Virus record (IMG/VR): IMGVR_UViG_3300043640_000164
Location: 1 to 57,822 of that record
Source: a virus
Lineage: Duplodnaviria; Caudoviricetes
Length of the DNA stretch: 57,822 nt
Reading direction: 5' to 3' (one strand)
Shown here piece after piece: positions 8,759-17,996 of this stretch (positions within the stretch are counted from its first letter, which is position 1; every line of letters starts with the position of its first letter). The translations under genes were made by a program, and so were the position numbers. Below the pieces are notes generated by a model. It did no database searches and was not told the DNA's origin. It worked only from the letters and a program-made list of their open reading frames with translations.

Positions 8759-9245
8759 GCTGAGCGGCGGGCCGTGCTACTGCACGCGCGGCGTGAATAC
8801 GCACAACTGCCCGATCCACCGGAACGATGATGACCTGCTGGCGGCGGTGGCGAGGCGACGCTCGGACCCGGCGTTCAAGGCCCGCTTGGAGCGCATCCTC
8901 TCGGAGGAGAAGGCCATCCTCGATCGCCTCGCGCAGTCGGATGACGCCTCTGCTTCGAGCCGAGCGCAGGCGGCTCCCGCGTCGGGCCAGGAGCGAGGCG
9001 ACCAGCACGAGGGCGGTGACAAGGACGTGGACACCGACTGGGCTGAGTACGCCTTGCGTCAGCGCGTGCACGACTCTCGCGACAAGCAGCGGCAAGGCAC
9101 CGTCATTGCCATCTATCACCACTATCACCGCTACGGCGTCAACTGGGACGTCGGTGGCATCCGGGAGGGGATGCCCATGTTGATGCGCCCCGTCCTCGAC
9201 TCCGCGGGCGCGCCCGTCTTTCTGCCGAAGAAGGATGAGTCGTGA
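8751..9245 (+). CDS. Hypothetical protein
   Basis: ORF MSELSGGPCYC; its stop overlaps the integrase start. Confidence 0.55.
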   Translation: MSELSGGPCYCTRGVNTHNCPIHRNDDDLLAAVARRRSDPAFKARLERILSEEKAILDRLAQSDDASASSRAQAAPASGQERGDQHEGGDKDVDTDWAEYALRQRVHDSRDKQRQGTVIAIYHHYHRYGVNWDVGGIREGMPMLMRPVLDSAGAPVFLPKKDES

Positions 9246-10783
9246 GCAAGCGCAACGCCATCGTCAAGCGCGGACCATCGGGCTTGGAGACCACGCCTCC
9301 GAAGGTCAAGCCCAGCGGCAAGACGTACGACATGGTCATCCGTGTCTCGCGTCGCGCCGGCCGCAAGGGCAGTACGTTCATCTCGCCCAAAGAGCAACGG
9401 GCGAAGTGCATCGCCTGGATTGAGGCCAACGGCCACACCCTGGGCCTGGACCACGACGAGACCGATTCCGTGTCCGGCAAGACGACCGACCGCGTAGGGC
9501 TCAAGTACGCCATCGAACGTGCGGTCGCCGGAGAGACCTCGGGCATCGTCGTGGCCAAGCTCGACCGGTTCTCGCGCAACGTGTCGTCCGGGCTGGCGGC
9601 CATCAAGCAGTTGGAGGACGCCGGCAAGGATCTCATCGCCGTCTCAGAGGGGATGACCGGCGGCGCCGAGGAGCGCACGAACCCCACCGCCAAGCTCATG
9701 CGGACGCTGTTCCTCGCCTTGGCCGAGTGGCAGTGGGACTCGTTTCAAGAAACCTGGAGCACGTCGCGCGAGAACCACATCGACCGCGGGGTTCACGCGG
9801 GCGTGCCGTTCGGCTACATGCGCGCCGAGTCGGGGACGCCGCTAATCATCGACGCGGAGGCAGCGCCCTACGTGCTGGCCATCTTCGTCCGCCGCGCCGC
9901 CGGGGAGTCCACGCCGTCGATCGCCCGCTGGCTGAACGACCTCGGGGTTCACACGGCGACGGGCGCACAGTGGACCGCGCAGCGCATCGTCCAGGTGATC
10001 AAGTCACGGACCTACGTCGGCGAGGCACGGTCGGGCAAAGACCTTGTCAACCCAGCAGCGCATCCAGCGATCGTCACTGAGATGCAGTGGGTGAACGCCA
10101 ACGCGGCGGGCACGTCGACCAACGACCGGCGCGTGAACGGGGCCTACCTCTTGCGCGGCGTCGTGCGGTGCACCAGCTGCGGAAGCAAGATGGCCGGGCT
10201 GACCGACCGCGGCCGTCGCTACCGCTGCCGCCGAACCTTCAGCTGGGGAACATGCCCGGCGCCGGCCAGCGTCACGGCAGACGAGGTGGAGAAGTACGTC
10301 ACCGCCGAGTTCTTCAAGCGGTACGTCCACGTCACCGTTGCCGGCGGCGGCGATGACGTCGGGCGCCTCAGCGCCGCCGAGGACGAGTTGGCCACGGCGC
10401 TGGAAGACCTACGTCGCTACCGCGACAACACGGTGGTGCGAGACGCGTTGGAGGAGGCCGGAGAAGGCCTCTTCGAGGAGGGCGTGACCGAGCGGGCCAA
10501 CCGCGTCAAGGCGGCTCGCGTCGCTCTTGGAACGATCAAGGCGCAGGCGACGGGCCTGCTCGTGCCCGATGACTTGGAAGACAACTGGGACACGTTGGAG
10601 ATCAACGACCGCCGAGAGCTAGTCGCCGCAGGGTTCGACGCTGTCATGGTCAAGCCCCCGGGCCGCAACCGCTGGGAGACGTCGCCCATCAGCGAGCGTG
10701 TCCGCGTCTTCGGGCGAGGCGAGGCGCCGGACGACCTGCCCGGGAAGGGTGGAGGTCGACTGATGCGCCCGGTCAACTTTTGA
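9242..10783 (+). CDS. Large serine recombinase (integrase)
   Basis: RVS catalytic motif, DSVSG, LDRFSR, PFGY, IARWLN recombinase domain, HPAIV, CTSCG..C..C zinc ribbon, coiled coil. Confidence 0.95.
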   Translation: MSKRNAIVKRGPSGLETTPPKVKPSGKTYDMVIRVSRRAGRKGSTFISPKEQRAKCIAWIEANGHTLGLDHDETDSVSGKTTDRVGLKYAIERAVAGETSGIVVAKLDRFSRNVSSGLAAIKQLEDAGKDLIAVSEGMTGGAEERTNPTAKLMRTLFLALAEWQWDSFQETWSTSRENHIDRGVHAGVPFGYMRAESGTPLIIDAEAAPYVLAIFVRRAAGESTPSIARWLNDLGVHTATGAQWTAQRIVQVIKSRTYVGEARSGKDLVNPAAHPAIVTEMQWVNANAAGTSTNDRRVNGAYLLRGVVRCTSCGSKMAGLTDRGRRYRCRRTFSWGTCPAPASVTADEVEKYVTAEFFKRYVHVTVAGGGDDVGRLSAAEDELATALEDLRRYRDNTVVRDALEEAGEGLFEEGVTERANRVKAARVALGTIKAQATGLLVPDDLEDNWDTLEINDRRELVAAGFDAVMVKPPGRNRWETSPISERVRVFGRGEAPDDLPGKGGGRLMRPVNF

Positions 10784-10873
10784 CCAGCGCGTTCCGGGGT
10801 GGCGGCGCTCCAGGATCCGGGCGTAGGCCTCGGCCACTGCGTCGGCGCCGCTGATGTTGCGATGAGGTCGCAT
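10619..10873 (-). CDS. Small protein convergently overlapping the integrase 3' end (RDF candidate)
   Basis: MRPHRNISGADAVAEAYARILERRHPG; AGGA RBS right after the MTase stop. Confidence 0.4.
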   Translation of the reverse strand: MRPHRNISGADAVAEAYARILERRHPGTRWSKVDRAHQSTSTLPGQVVRRLASPEDADTLADGRRLPAVAARGLDHDSVEPCGD

Positions 10874-10881
10874 ACCGAGTC

Positions 10882-12237
10882 CTAGTCCTTCCCGACGCGC
10901 GGCACATACGTGCCGCGCGTCTTGCGTTCGATGAGACCCAGCGCGACGAGACGACTGAGCGCCGCGCTGGGGTCGGCGAAGAACCGGCACGCGTCGCGCG
11001 TGCTGATCTGCCCGTACTGCTGAATGGATCGCAGGAGATCCCTCTGGCGCTCGGTGAGTCGCTTCGGAACTGTGATGGGCAGGGACACCCACGTCCCATC
11101 GATCGTGCCTTGCAGGGGGCTCCTCGGCAGCATGGGGACCACCTCCGGTTCAGGTTCGGGTTCAGGACGCGTCACGGCGCACAGGACCACGGTGGCGAGG
11201 TCGGGCGGCACCGCGTTGCCGACCTGCTGGAACTGGCTGGTCCGGCTGCCCCGCCACGGGTAGTCGGCGGGGAAGGTCTGAAGCAGCGAGGCCTCGGCCA
11301 CGGTGAGGTTGATGTGACCGTTGACCTGCCTGCCGGCCACCGCGCCGTGAGTACCACCCACCGTGGGGGGCAGGCGCAGCCGCGTCCACGAGCGCGCTTT
11401 GCCCGAAAGGGCAAGCGCCGGACGGCTGGTAGGCCGCAGGTCGCGCGCGCGGTACTCGATGCCCTCGATAGCGATCGTCGTCGCCCCCCCCCTCGGACCG
11501 GTCTCCGCGCGACGCGGGAACCCCACCAGGGCATCAGGCCACCCGAGCGCATCGGCCATGCTGATCCACGGCGCCACACCCGAGTCCAGTCGGGCCGGCG
11601 AACGTGTGTGGTAGGCCGAGTGCGTCGGCGTCGGCGTGGCAACCGGTCCGGCAAGGGAGGCCATCAGGAACGCGCGACGACGGGTCTGAGGCACTCCGTA
11701 CTGCTCAGCGTGCAAGCACCCGGTCCAGACGTGGTAGCCGACCTGACGCAACAGCGGCGCGCAGAACTCCCAGAAGGCAAGCACCGGCGGCACCTGTTCC
11801 CAGGCCAGCCACGTCGGCCGAAGCGCGAGCGCCCAACGCAGCGGTTCGACCACGAGAATGGACCGCGCGTCGTTGAGGTGCGCCTGCGCCCAGGGGCGCA
11901 GATCGTCGCCCGCGGCGAGGCCGAGAGCCACATGCTGGCAGACCTCCACGTCGGCACCTCGCCCAAGACCCTTGCCGCCGGCGGAGAAAGCCTGGCATGG
12001 GGGCGACGCCATCATCCCGACGACGCGCACCGTCCAGGTCGCCAGCTGCACCGCGGCGACGTCGCACTGCTCGGTGAGTAAGCCCGCGGCGTGCCGGGTG
12101 GCGCACGCCGCGTCGTCAAGCTCGTAGCCGACCGGGCTCATGCCCAAGCGGCGCGCGGCCACGTCCCACCCGCCGGCACCGGCGAACAGGTCAACGAACA
12201 CTTCGTCGGGGCGTGGCCGGCGCCGAGGGCAGCTCAT
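10882..12237 (-). CDS. DNA (cytosine-5) methyltransferase with a C-terminal wHTH extension
   Basis: DLFAGAGG, SPPCQAFS, EQV, YGVPQTRRR, QTFP, QVGNAVPP motifs. Confidence 0.92.
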   Translation of the reverse strand: MSCPRRRPRPDEVFVDLFAGAGGWDVAARRLGMSPVGYELDDAACATRHAAGLLTEQCDVAAVQLATWTVRVVGMMASPPCQAFSAGGKGLGRGADVEVCQHVALGLAAGDDLRPWAQAHLNDARSILVVEPLRWALALRPTWLAWEQVPPVLAFWEFCAPLLRQVGYHVWTGCLHAEQYGVPQTRRRAFLMASLAGPVATPTPTHSAYHTRSPARLDSGVAPWISMADALGWPDALVGFPRRAETGPRGGATTIAIEGIEYRARDLRPTSRPALALSGKARSWTRLRLPPTVGGTHGAVAGRQVNGHINLTVAEASLLQTFPADYPWRGSRTSQFQQVGNAVPPDLATVVLCAVTRPEPEPEPEVVPMLPRSPLQGTIDGTWVSLPITVPKRLTERQRDLLRSIQQYGQISTRDACRFFADPSAALSRLVALGLIERKTRGTYVPRVGKD

Positions 12238-13019
12238 GCCGTGCCCGACCTCCAGACAGCAGGCGCGGCGGCGGTGGTCGTGCTGCCCGCCGCCCAGGTG
12301 TTCATCGTGTACGTGTATGCAGCCTGCTGCATAATCGTCGTGAATTCGGGCGCGGGTGGCCGTACGCCGGGCGGTAGGGATGCGCCGTGACGCTGGGCCT
12401 CTGCCGCAATGACATCGTGCGGGACCATCGGCACGCCGTAGCGCTGCGCAGTTCGTTTCACCACCGGGTCAAACCCGAGCGGAAGGAACGCCGCGTTCGG
12501 CGTGGTCAACGCCGTCACGCACGCCTTCTGGGCACGGATCCCGTCATAGTGGACTTCGATGTTGCCCCACATGGCCACGGCGCCCGAGATGAACCGCTCT
12601 CCCTCGATGGGCACGGGCGCCTCGGTCGGTGCGAACTTGGCGTAGAACCCGCACGTGCAACGGTGGGCAGGCGCCGAGTGCGTCGGCTTGTCATCGTCGT
12701 CCCTCGTATGCAGGGCCATCATCCACTGCTGGCCCGCGTCGCAATGGGCGACGTTGACGCCGGGCTGCCACGGCCGACAGTCGACGCTCACCGGGTGCAG
12801 CAGCCCGTCGTGCTCGCCCAGACGCCAGATTCGGTAGGCCACGACACACTCCGAGAAGGTCGGGGCCAGCGGCTCGGGCGGCGGCACGGGGACCTTGTGG
12901 AAGTCGATCGACGTTGCGGGCAGCCGGTATCGGGCGGCGGTCCGGGACTTCGCTTCGCGGCGCTGCTCCTCAGCCTCGATCACGTTGCGCTGCCACTTGC
13001 GACGCGCCGGACTGCTCAT
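12234..13019 (-). CDS. Conserved Cys/His-containing hypothetical protein
   Basis: AYRIW...W.PG...AHC...H.AP..CTCGFYA...GAV..WG....GIRA pattern. Confidence 0.7.
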   Translation of the reverse strand: MSSPARRKWQRNVIEAEEQRREAKSRTAARYRLPATSIDFHKVPVPPPEPLAPTFSECVVAYRIWRLGEHDGLLHPVSVDCRPWQPGVNVAHCDAGQQWMMALHTRDDDDKPTHSAPAHRCTCGFYAKFAPTEAPVPIEGERFISGAVAMWGNIEVHYDGIRAQKACVTALTTPNAAFLPLGFDPVVKRTAQRYGVPMVPHDVIAAEAQRHGASLPPGVRPPAPEFTTIMQQAAYTYTMNTWAAGSTTTAAAPAVWRSGTA

Positions 13020-13147
13020 GCCGGCACCGGTTCGCGCTTGGCCGGGCTCGCCGGCGCGGGCGCGCTCGGCGCCTTGGCCGGCTGCGCGGGCGCCGGGATC
13101 TTCAGCGGCTCTACGTGGATGGTCTTGCTCGGTCCGTTCAGTCCCAT
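13016..13147 (-). CDS. Small Pro/Ala-rich peptide (43 aa)
   Basis: MGLNGPSKTIHVEPLKIPAPAQP...; AAAGGA RBS; ATGA-coupled to the downstream gene. Confidence 0.65.
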   Translation of the reverse strand: MGLNGPSKTIHVEPLKIPAPAQPAKAPSAPAPASPAKREPVPA

Positions 13148-13185
13148 GATTGAACGTCCTTTCTTGTTGTTGGTGGTCTTCTGAA

Positions 13186-13506
13186 CTACGAAGGGTTGTC
13201 GGTGGCGATGCGCTGATCGAGCACGCCAATCACGGTCTCGACCGGATCGAGGTAGGCCGATCCCAGCCGGGTCACGGTGGCCTTCTGCACGTCAGGATTG
13301 GCCGCGTTGCCGGGCACGAGGACGATGGCTCCGACGACCACCGGCCACGGGCACTCGTACGTGTAGGCGTTGGTCCACACCCACATTCCCGAGCCGTGAC
13401 AGGCGGGGCAGGGCACCTGGCCGGTGATGATGCCGAGACCGTGGCATCGTGGGCACGGCTGGTCTGGCTCTACGTCCTGCACGCCGTGGACAACCTCGAT
13501 CCTCAT
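13186..13506 (-). CDS. DnaJ-type zinc-finger protein
   Basis: CPRCHGLG and CPACHGSG repeats. Confidence 0.7.
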   Translation of the reverse strand: MRIEVVHGVQDVEPDQPCPRCHGLGIITGQVPCPACHGSGMWVWTNAYTYECPWPVVVGAIVLVPGNAANPDVQKATVTRLGSAYLDPVETVIGVLDQRIATDNPS

Positions 13507-13790
13507 CGCCGCCACTCCAGCGCGTCGACCACAGCTGCCTTGACGCCCGCCAGCTGCTCGCCCGTGGGCTGACCGCTCACCGTTATGGCCAGCGCGATCG
13601 GCGCTGGCCGGTCTCCGATTAGGTCCGTCAGCCAGTCGCGGAGCGCGCGTGCCTGAAGTTCGGTGATCCACACCGCCGCGTCGTGGGTCTCGCCAGCTAT
13701 CGTCACGCAGGCCATGGCGGCGGGTCCCTCGTCAACCTCGAACTGCACGCGGTCGCCGTCGTTGTCGGTCCATCTCAGGGGTTGAAGCAT
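13503..13790 (-). CDS. Hypothetical protein
   Basis: Coupled ORF in the operon. Confidence 0.6.
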   Translation of the reverse strand: MLQPLRWTDNDGDRVQFEVDEGPAAMACVTIAGETHDAAVWITELQARALRDWLTDLIGDRPAPIALAITVSGQPTGEQLAGVKAAVVDALEWRR

Positions 13791-15037
13791 CAGTCGTCCC
13801 TCTCGCCGAGCATCCGTTGCATGACCTCATAGGCCTCGGGGCTGCGATGGCCGTTGCCTTCGATCTCGTCGTCTGAGACCGGGCCGCTGCCGTTGGGCGT
13901 CCAGGTCGGGTCTTCCTCCCAGGGCGGCTTGGTCCCCTTGGCTCCGATCCACCAGACGCCGAACTTCGTCCCGGGCGCTTTGCGCTTGGCAAAGCCCTCG
14001 CTCGCCGACCGGTAGACCTTGAGCGAGCAGTGGGCCATCGCCGCCTTCTTGACGACGGTGCTCGGTAGCCAGGCGCCATCGAGTACGTCACGGATGAGCC
14101 CCTGGATCTCAGCCTGCTCCGAGCGCTCGTCCGGGGGCATGAGGAGGTCGCGCGCGGTCAGGTCCGTCTTGCCGGTGACGATCGTCCGGGATGTGGCGAT
14201 CGGCTCGTTGGCCCTGTTGCGGACCGTCGCGTCCTCGATCTCCACCTTCAAGGCGTGCTCGCCCGACTTCGCAAGGTTGGACTTCATGATGAGGAAGACC
14301 TTGTGGCTGCCGCGCGTACCTTCCTCGTCCGCGGGGTCGGAGCTGAACAGCGTCACCGAGCGGGCCATGGCCGTGAAGGCGGTGGACTCAATGACGCGGT
14401 CAAGCGGTTCGCCGCCCGCACCGTTCTTGTTGAGGTGGGTCACGCAGATCACGGCCGCGCCGGTCACCTCGGCCAGGGCCTTCAGGGGCGAGAGCGCCTG
14501 CCGCACCGACGCGTTGCGGTGGGTGTCGGTCGCCGCATCGAAGAAGCTGGAGATCGGATCGATGATGATGCACTTGACCGACCGCTTCGCCATCGCGCGA
14601 CGAAAGGCGGCGCCGTCCGAGGGCAGCGACAACGCGGCCTCGATCATCGAGCCCTCGTGGTCGGCCTCGCGGACGTCGAGGATGTTGATGCGCTTCAGGT
14701 CGGCGCCCACCGCCATGAGCCGCGGGGCGATCGTGTCGTTCGGGTCGTCCTCGGCGCTGACCATGACGACGTCGGCCGCGCCACGAAGGTCACTCGGATG
14801 AATGTCCCCGGTGGAGACACCGCCGGCCAGCATCGTCATCAGCTGCGACTTGCCCTGACCGGCGGGCCCGGCGACGACCGACAACTTGCCCAGCGGGAAG
14901 TACGGGCGCCAGAGCCACTTGATGGACTGGGCGTCGAGTTCGGATGCGGATCGCAGCAGTACGTCGCGAGCGCCGGGCGCGCGGCGCCTCGGGGGTGCGG
15001 CCTCCTCCAGGGGGATCCAGTCGCTCTCTGCGCTCAT
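13790..15037 (-). CDS. RepA-like AAA helicase (AAA_25 type)
   Basis: KWLW, Walker A GPAGQGKS, SAEDD, Walker B IIIDP, HLNK, ARS, KSN. Confidence 0.88.
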   Translation of the reverse strand: MSAESDWIPLEEAAPPRRRAPGARDVLLRSASELDAQSIKWLWRPYFPLGKLSVVAGPAGQGKSQLMTMLAGGVSTGDIHPSDLRGAADVVMVSAEDDPNDTIAPRLMAVGADLKRINILDVREADHEGSMIEAALSLPSDGAAFRRAMAKRSVKCIIIDPISSFFDAATDTHRNASVRQALSPLKALAEVTGAAVICVTHLNKNGAGGEPLDRVIESTAFTAMARSVTLFSSDPADEEGTRGSHKVFLIMKSNLAKSGEHALKVEIEDATVRNRANEPIATSRTIVTGKTDLTARDLLMPPDERSEQAEIQGLIRDVLDGAWLPSTVVKKAAMAHCSLKVYRSASEGFAKRKAPGTKFGVWWIGAKGTKPPWEEDPTWTPNGSGPVSDDEIEGNGHRSPEAYEVMQRMLGERDD

Positions 15038-15315
15038 GCCGCCGCCGAGATTCTGGCCGGCGACGCCGACCGCAGAGCCGTGCCGATATCGCGCGAGGTG
15101 CAAGAGCCTTCGCAGGAATAGCGGACGCCACCGCCACCGAACTCCACCACCATGGAGGCCTTGATGTACTTCGTGCCGAACGGGGCCAGGCGCGCTGGAC
15201 ACAGCGGGCACGCCGAGCCAATCAGGTCCGGACCGCCGTAGACCACCGGCAGGCTGGCCGCCTGGAGTTGCCCGACGATTCGCTGGACACCGCTCGGTAG
15301 AGCCGTGACCGTCAC
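15034..15315 (-). CDS. Primase zinc-binding-domain-like protein
   Basis: ACPLCP...YSCEGSC directly upstream of the helicase. Confidence 0.5.
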   Translation of the reverse strand: MTVTALPSGVQRIVGQLQAASLPVVYGGPDLIGSACPLCPARLAPFGTKYIKASMVVEFGGGGVRYSCEGSCTSRDIGTALRSASPARISAAA

Positions 15316-15497
15316 GGCGAGGGCTGCCGAAAGGCGGGGTCAGAGGAGACGGCGGCGGCGACCTTGCGAAGGATCGACGCGGCAATGGGATCGTCATAGC
15401 TCCCGCTGGCGTGGAGCCCGACGACGGCACGCTCGGCTTCGACCAGCGTCAGTACAACGATGGGTCCGTGGTAGGCGGACCCGGGGCGGGGCTTCAT
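15312..15497 (-). CDS. Hypothetical protein
   Basis: Coupled ORF. Confidence 0.55.
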   Translation of the reverse strand: MKPRPGSAYHGPIVVLTLVEAERAVVGLHASGSYDDPIAASILRKVAAAVSSDPAFRQPSP

Positions 15498-15883
15498 GAT
15501 GATGTCCTAGTGAGTCGGAGTGAGTCGGCGTCGCCGTTGTCGAGGTAGGTCGCGGCGGCGCGTAGCCACGCAGCGGTGACCCAGGCCGGAAGCGCGCGGT
15601 TGCAGCGGGCGCAGAGGAGGCCTCGCGGCACCCCCGTGCGATGGTCGTGGTCCCGGTCCAGGCGCCGGCGGACAGTGGGTGCCCGGCCACAGATGCCGCA
15701 GTGGCTGCCGAAGCGCTTGACCCACAACTCGTAGGGGTCGGCGAGCGCCGCCATATGTGCCGGCCGGTGGGCCACCGGCCGCGCACCCCCGCAGTTCGCG
15801 CAGAGACGCTTGGTGCGGGGATTGCGGTGGCCGCACTTCACGCCGGCCTTCCGGCGCTGGCATGTCCAGAACCGTGGGGCCAC
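15494..15883 (-). CDS. Endonuclease VII-like protein with an N-terminal zinc ribbon
   Basis: CGICG...LDRDHDHRTG..RGLLCARCN. Confidence 0.88.
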   Translation of the reverse strand: MAPRFWTCQRRKAGVKCGHRNPRTKRLCANCGGARPVAHRPAHMAALADPYELWVKRFGSHCGICGRAPTVRRRLDRDHDHRTGVPRGLLCARCNRALPAWVTAAWLRAAATYLDNGDADSLRLTRTSS

Positions 15884-15886
15884 CGT

Positions 15887-16291
15887 CTAGAACGGGATGT
15901 CGTCGTCAGACGTCACCGCGCCAGGGCCCGCCGGAGCGGGCACCGGCGCGTAGCGCGTAACAGGCTGGTCGGGCTCGGGCCTGCCACCGACGAAGGACAC
16001 GTCACTGGTCGCCACCGATAGTGCGGCGCCGGGCTCGCCGTCGCGCTTGAGGAACGCACGCACATCCGCGACGCGCCCGTTGATTGCAACCTCGCGACCC
16101 TTGGCGAGGTACTGCGCGCAGGCCTCGGCGCTCTTGCCGAACACGGACACGTCGACCCAGACCGGCGACTTGTCGCCGTAGCGCTCCACTGCCACCGACA
16201 TGTTGCAGACCATCCCCCCATCGGGCATCGCTCGAAGCTCAGGATCGCGTCCGAGATGCCCGGTGAAGTTGTAGCTGTTGAGAGATGACAT
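15887..16291 (-). CDS. ssb: Single-stranded DNA-binding protein
   Basis: GHLGRDPELR, FGKSAE..AQYLAKG, acidic DDIPF tail. Confidence 0.95.
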   Translation of the reverse strand: MSSLNSYNFTGHLGRDPELRAMPDGGMVCNMSVAVERYGDKSPVWVDVSVFGKSAEACAQYLAKGREVAINGRVADVRAFLKRDGEPGAALSVATSDVSFVGGRPEPDQPVTRYAPVPAPAGPGAVTSDDDIPF

Positions 16292-16297
16292 GTTGTC

Positions 16298-16747
16298 CTA
16301 GGCCTTGGTGGGTGGGTCTGCGGCTTCGACCTCGCCGCGGAAGTTGGTGCGCACGTCAATGTCAGTGCCATGCTCGAAGATGATGTAGGGGTCGTTCCCC
16401 GGCCCGTGATGCGGCGCGTACGGCCGCTCACCGTCGATCTGGAAGAACTCCGCAGCCTCGTGGCGCTCAACCTCCAGGATGCGATCGAACAGCCACCGGC
16501 GCCAGGACCGCTCGTCGTAGGCGGCCGGCGGCACCGGGAAGTAGTGGTTGACCCGGATCATGGTGTCCGGGTTGTACGTGTCGGGATAGGTGCCGGTCAC
16601 GATCAACGTCAGCCCTTCGCTGCCTTGGCCGCGAACGATGTCCCCGAGCCCGAACCGCCACCCGGGTCGGTACGTCAGACGCTCGACCAACGACACCAAC
16701 AGGTCGGGATATGGCGCCGTCTGCGTCATCGCCCTCGGTGCCGTCAT
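16298..16747 (-). CDS. Conserved phage hypothetical protein
   Basis: YRPGW...EVERHEAAEFF...RPYAPHH. Confidence 0.65.
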   Translation of the reverse strand: MTAPRAMTQTAPYPDLLVSLVERLTYRPGWRFGLGDIVRGQGSEGLTLIVTGTYPDTYNPDTMIRVNHYFPVPPAAYDERSWRRWLFDRILEVERHEAAEFFQIDGERPYAPHHGPGNDPYIIFEHGTDIDVRTNFRGEVEAADPPTKA

Positions 16748-17067
16748 CGCGACGCCCCGAACTCGCAGCACCGCAGGCCCGAGCCGCCACAGACGATGCA
16801 GCCGGGCTCGTGAGTGCCGGCCAGCACAGGTTCGTCGGCCGCATCGGGGTAGGCCAGGTTCGGTGCGGGCTCGCCCGTGAGCAACATAATGCAGTTGCGC
16901 AGGGACTCGGCCAGTACGGGCTCGTCGTTCTCGACGGCGACGACCAGTTCGCAGCCGAGGATGCAGCGGACCGCGAAGACGGCGTCAGCGGTCGGCGGAT
17001 CGGTGACGAGCGGCACCATGTCCAGCCATTGCCGCATCACCTCCGGGGTGTTGTCGCGCTTGCGCAT
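16744..17067 (-). CDS. Hypothetical protein with a C-terminal Cys motif
   Basis: Coupled ORF; CIVCGGSG. Confidence 0.6.
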   Translation of the reverse strand: MRKRDNTPEVMRQWLDMVPLVTDPPTADAVFAVRCILGCELVVAVENDEPVLAESLRNCIMLLTGEPAPNLAYPDAADEPVLAGTHEPGCIVCGGSGLRCCEFGASR

Positions 17068-17070
17068 GCC

Positions 17071-17283
17071 CTAGGCCAAGGTCTCGTTGAGCAGGTCCAT
17101 GACCATGGCCAGGCGCGCGGCAAGTTCGTCGTCGCCTTCGGCGCACGCCAGGCGGCGCTCGCGATCGAGAACGGCGCGCGCTTCGCGGATGGCGTCCGAG
17201 CCCGGGGTGGCACGCCACGCGCGGGCCGGATCCTCGGGACCGCCGAACATGAAGCTCGGGGTCGGGGTGCTGTACATGCTCAT
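17071..17283 (-). CDS. Hypothetical protein
   Basis: ATGA-coupled ORF; GGAGG RBS. Confidence 0.55.
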   Translation of the reverse strand: MSMYSTPTPSFMFGGPEDPARAWRATPGSDAIREARAVLDRERRLACAEGDDELAARLAMVMDLLNETLA

Positions 17284-17996
17284 GCGGCGTAGACCTCCGG
17301 GTACTGGGACGGGTCGTAGATGTCGTGCATCAACAAGTCGTGTGCGGCGCAAACGGCGTCGACCGTGGCAAGGGTCACGGTCTTGAACTCGCCGCTGAGG
17401 ATGCGAACCAGGGAGCGGGCCAGGGCCGCGTTGCCGTGCGCCACCGCGCCTGCGCCGCCGTTGTTGACGACGAACGCGACGAGCGGGGCCGGGTCGAACC
17501 CGGGACCATGTCCGCCGTTGCCGACCTCAGCTTTCGGGTTGATGGACTTGCGCCGGCTGGGCGGCTGAGGTTGTCCGGCGCGCTCCAGGCTCAGGCGCTG
17601 ATACATGCGCTGGTCGGCCCGGCGGCGCGCGTACTGCTCCGGATCCTGCTCCTTGATCCGCCGGTAGCGGGCACGTGCCGCCGCCCTAGCCGCCTCGGGA
17701 TCCCTCGCGGCGTAATACTTGCGCTGGGTCGCGTTGCCGTAGGCGCGAAGCTCGGCGTACGCCTCCGGGTCGCGCTTGATCCGCTCATAGCGCTCGGCCG
17801 AACGAGCGCGCGAGGCGGCCCGCATCGCTTCGAGGCGCTCGGGCGACTGGCGTGCGCGCCAGAGGCGATTGACCTCAGCCGCGCAGAGCTTGCACGACGA
17901 GGCGCGCCGGGTATGGGCCTTGTCGTGCCACGTGAAGTGCCGCGCCGCCTTGCGCACGCCGCAGCGCGAGCAGACACGGGTCGCCGGTTCGCTCAT
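17280..17996 (-). CDS. Zinc-finger, helical-repeat and HTH-like DNA-binding protein
   Basis: CSRC..CKLC, Arg-rich helices, C-terminal HTH-like segment. Confidence 0.6.
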   Translation of the reverse strand: MSEPATRVCSRCGVRKAARHFTWHDKAHTRRASSCKLCAAEVNRLWRARQSPERLEAMRAASRARSAERYERIKRDPEAYAELRAYGNATQRKYYAARDPEAARAAARARYRRIKEQDPEQYARRRADQRMYQRLSLERAGQPQPPSRRKSINPKAEVGNGGHGPGFDPAPLVAFVVNNGGAGAVAHGNAALARSLVRILSGEFKTVTLATVDAVCAAHDLLMHDIYDPSQYPEVYAA

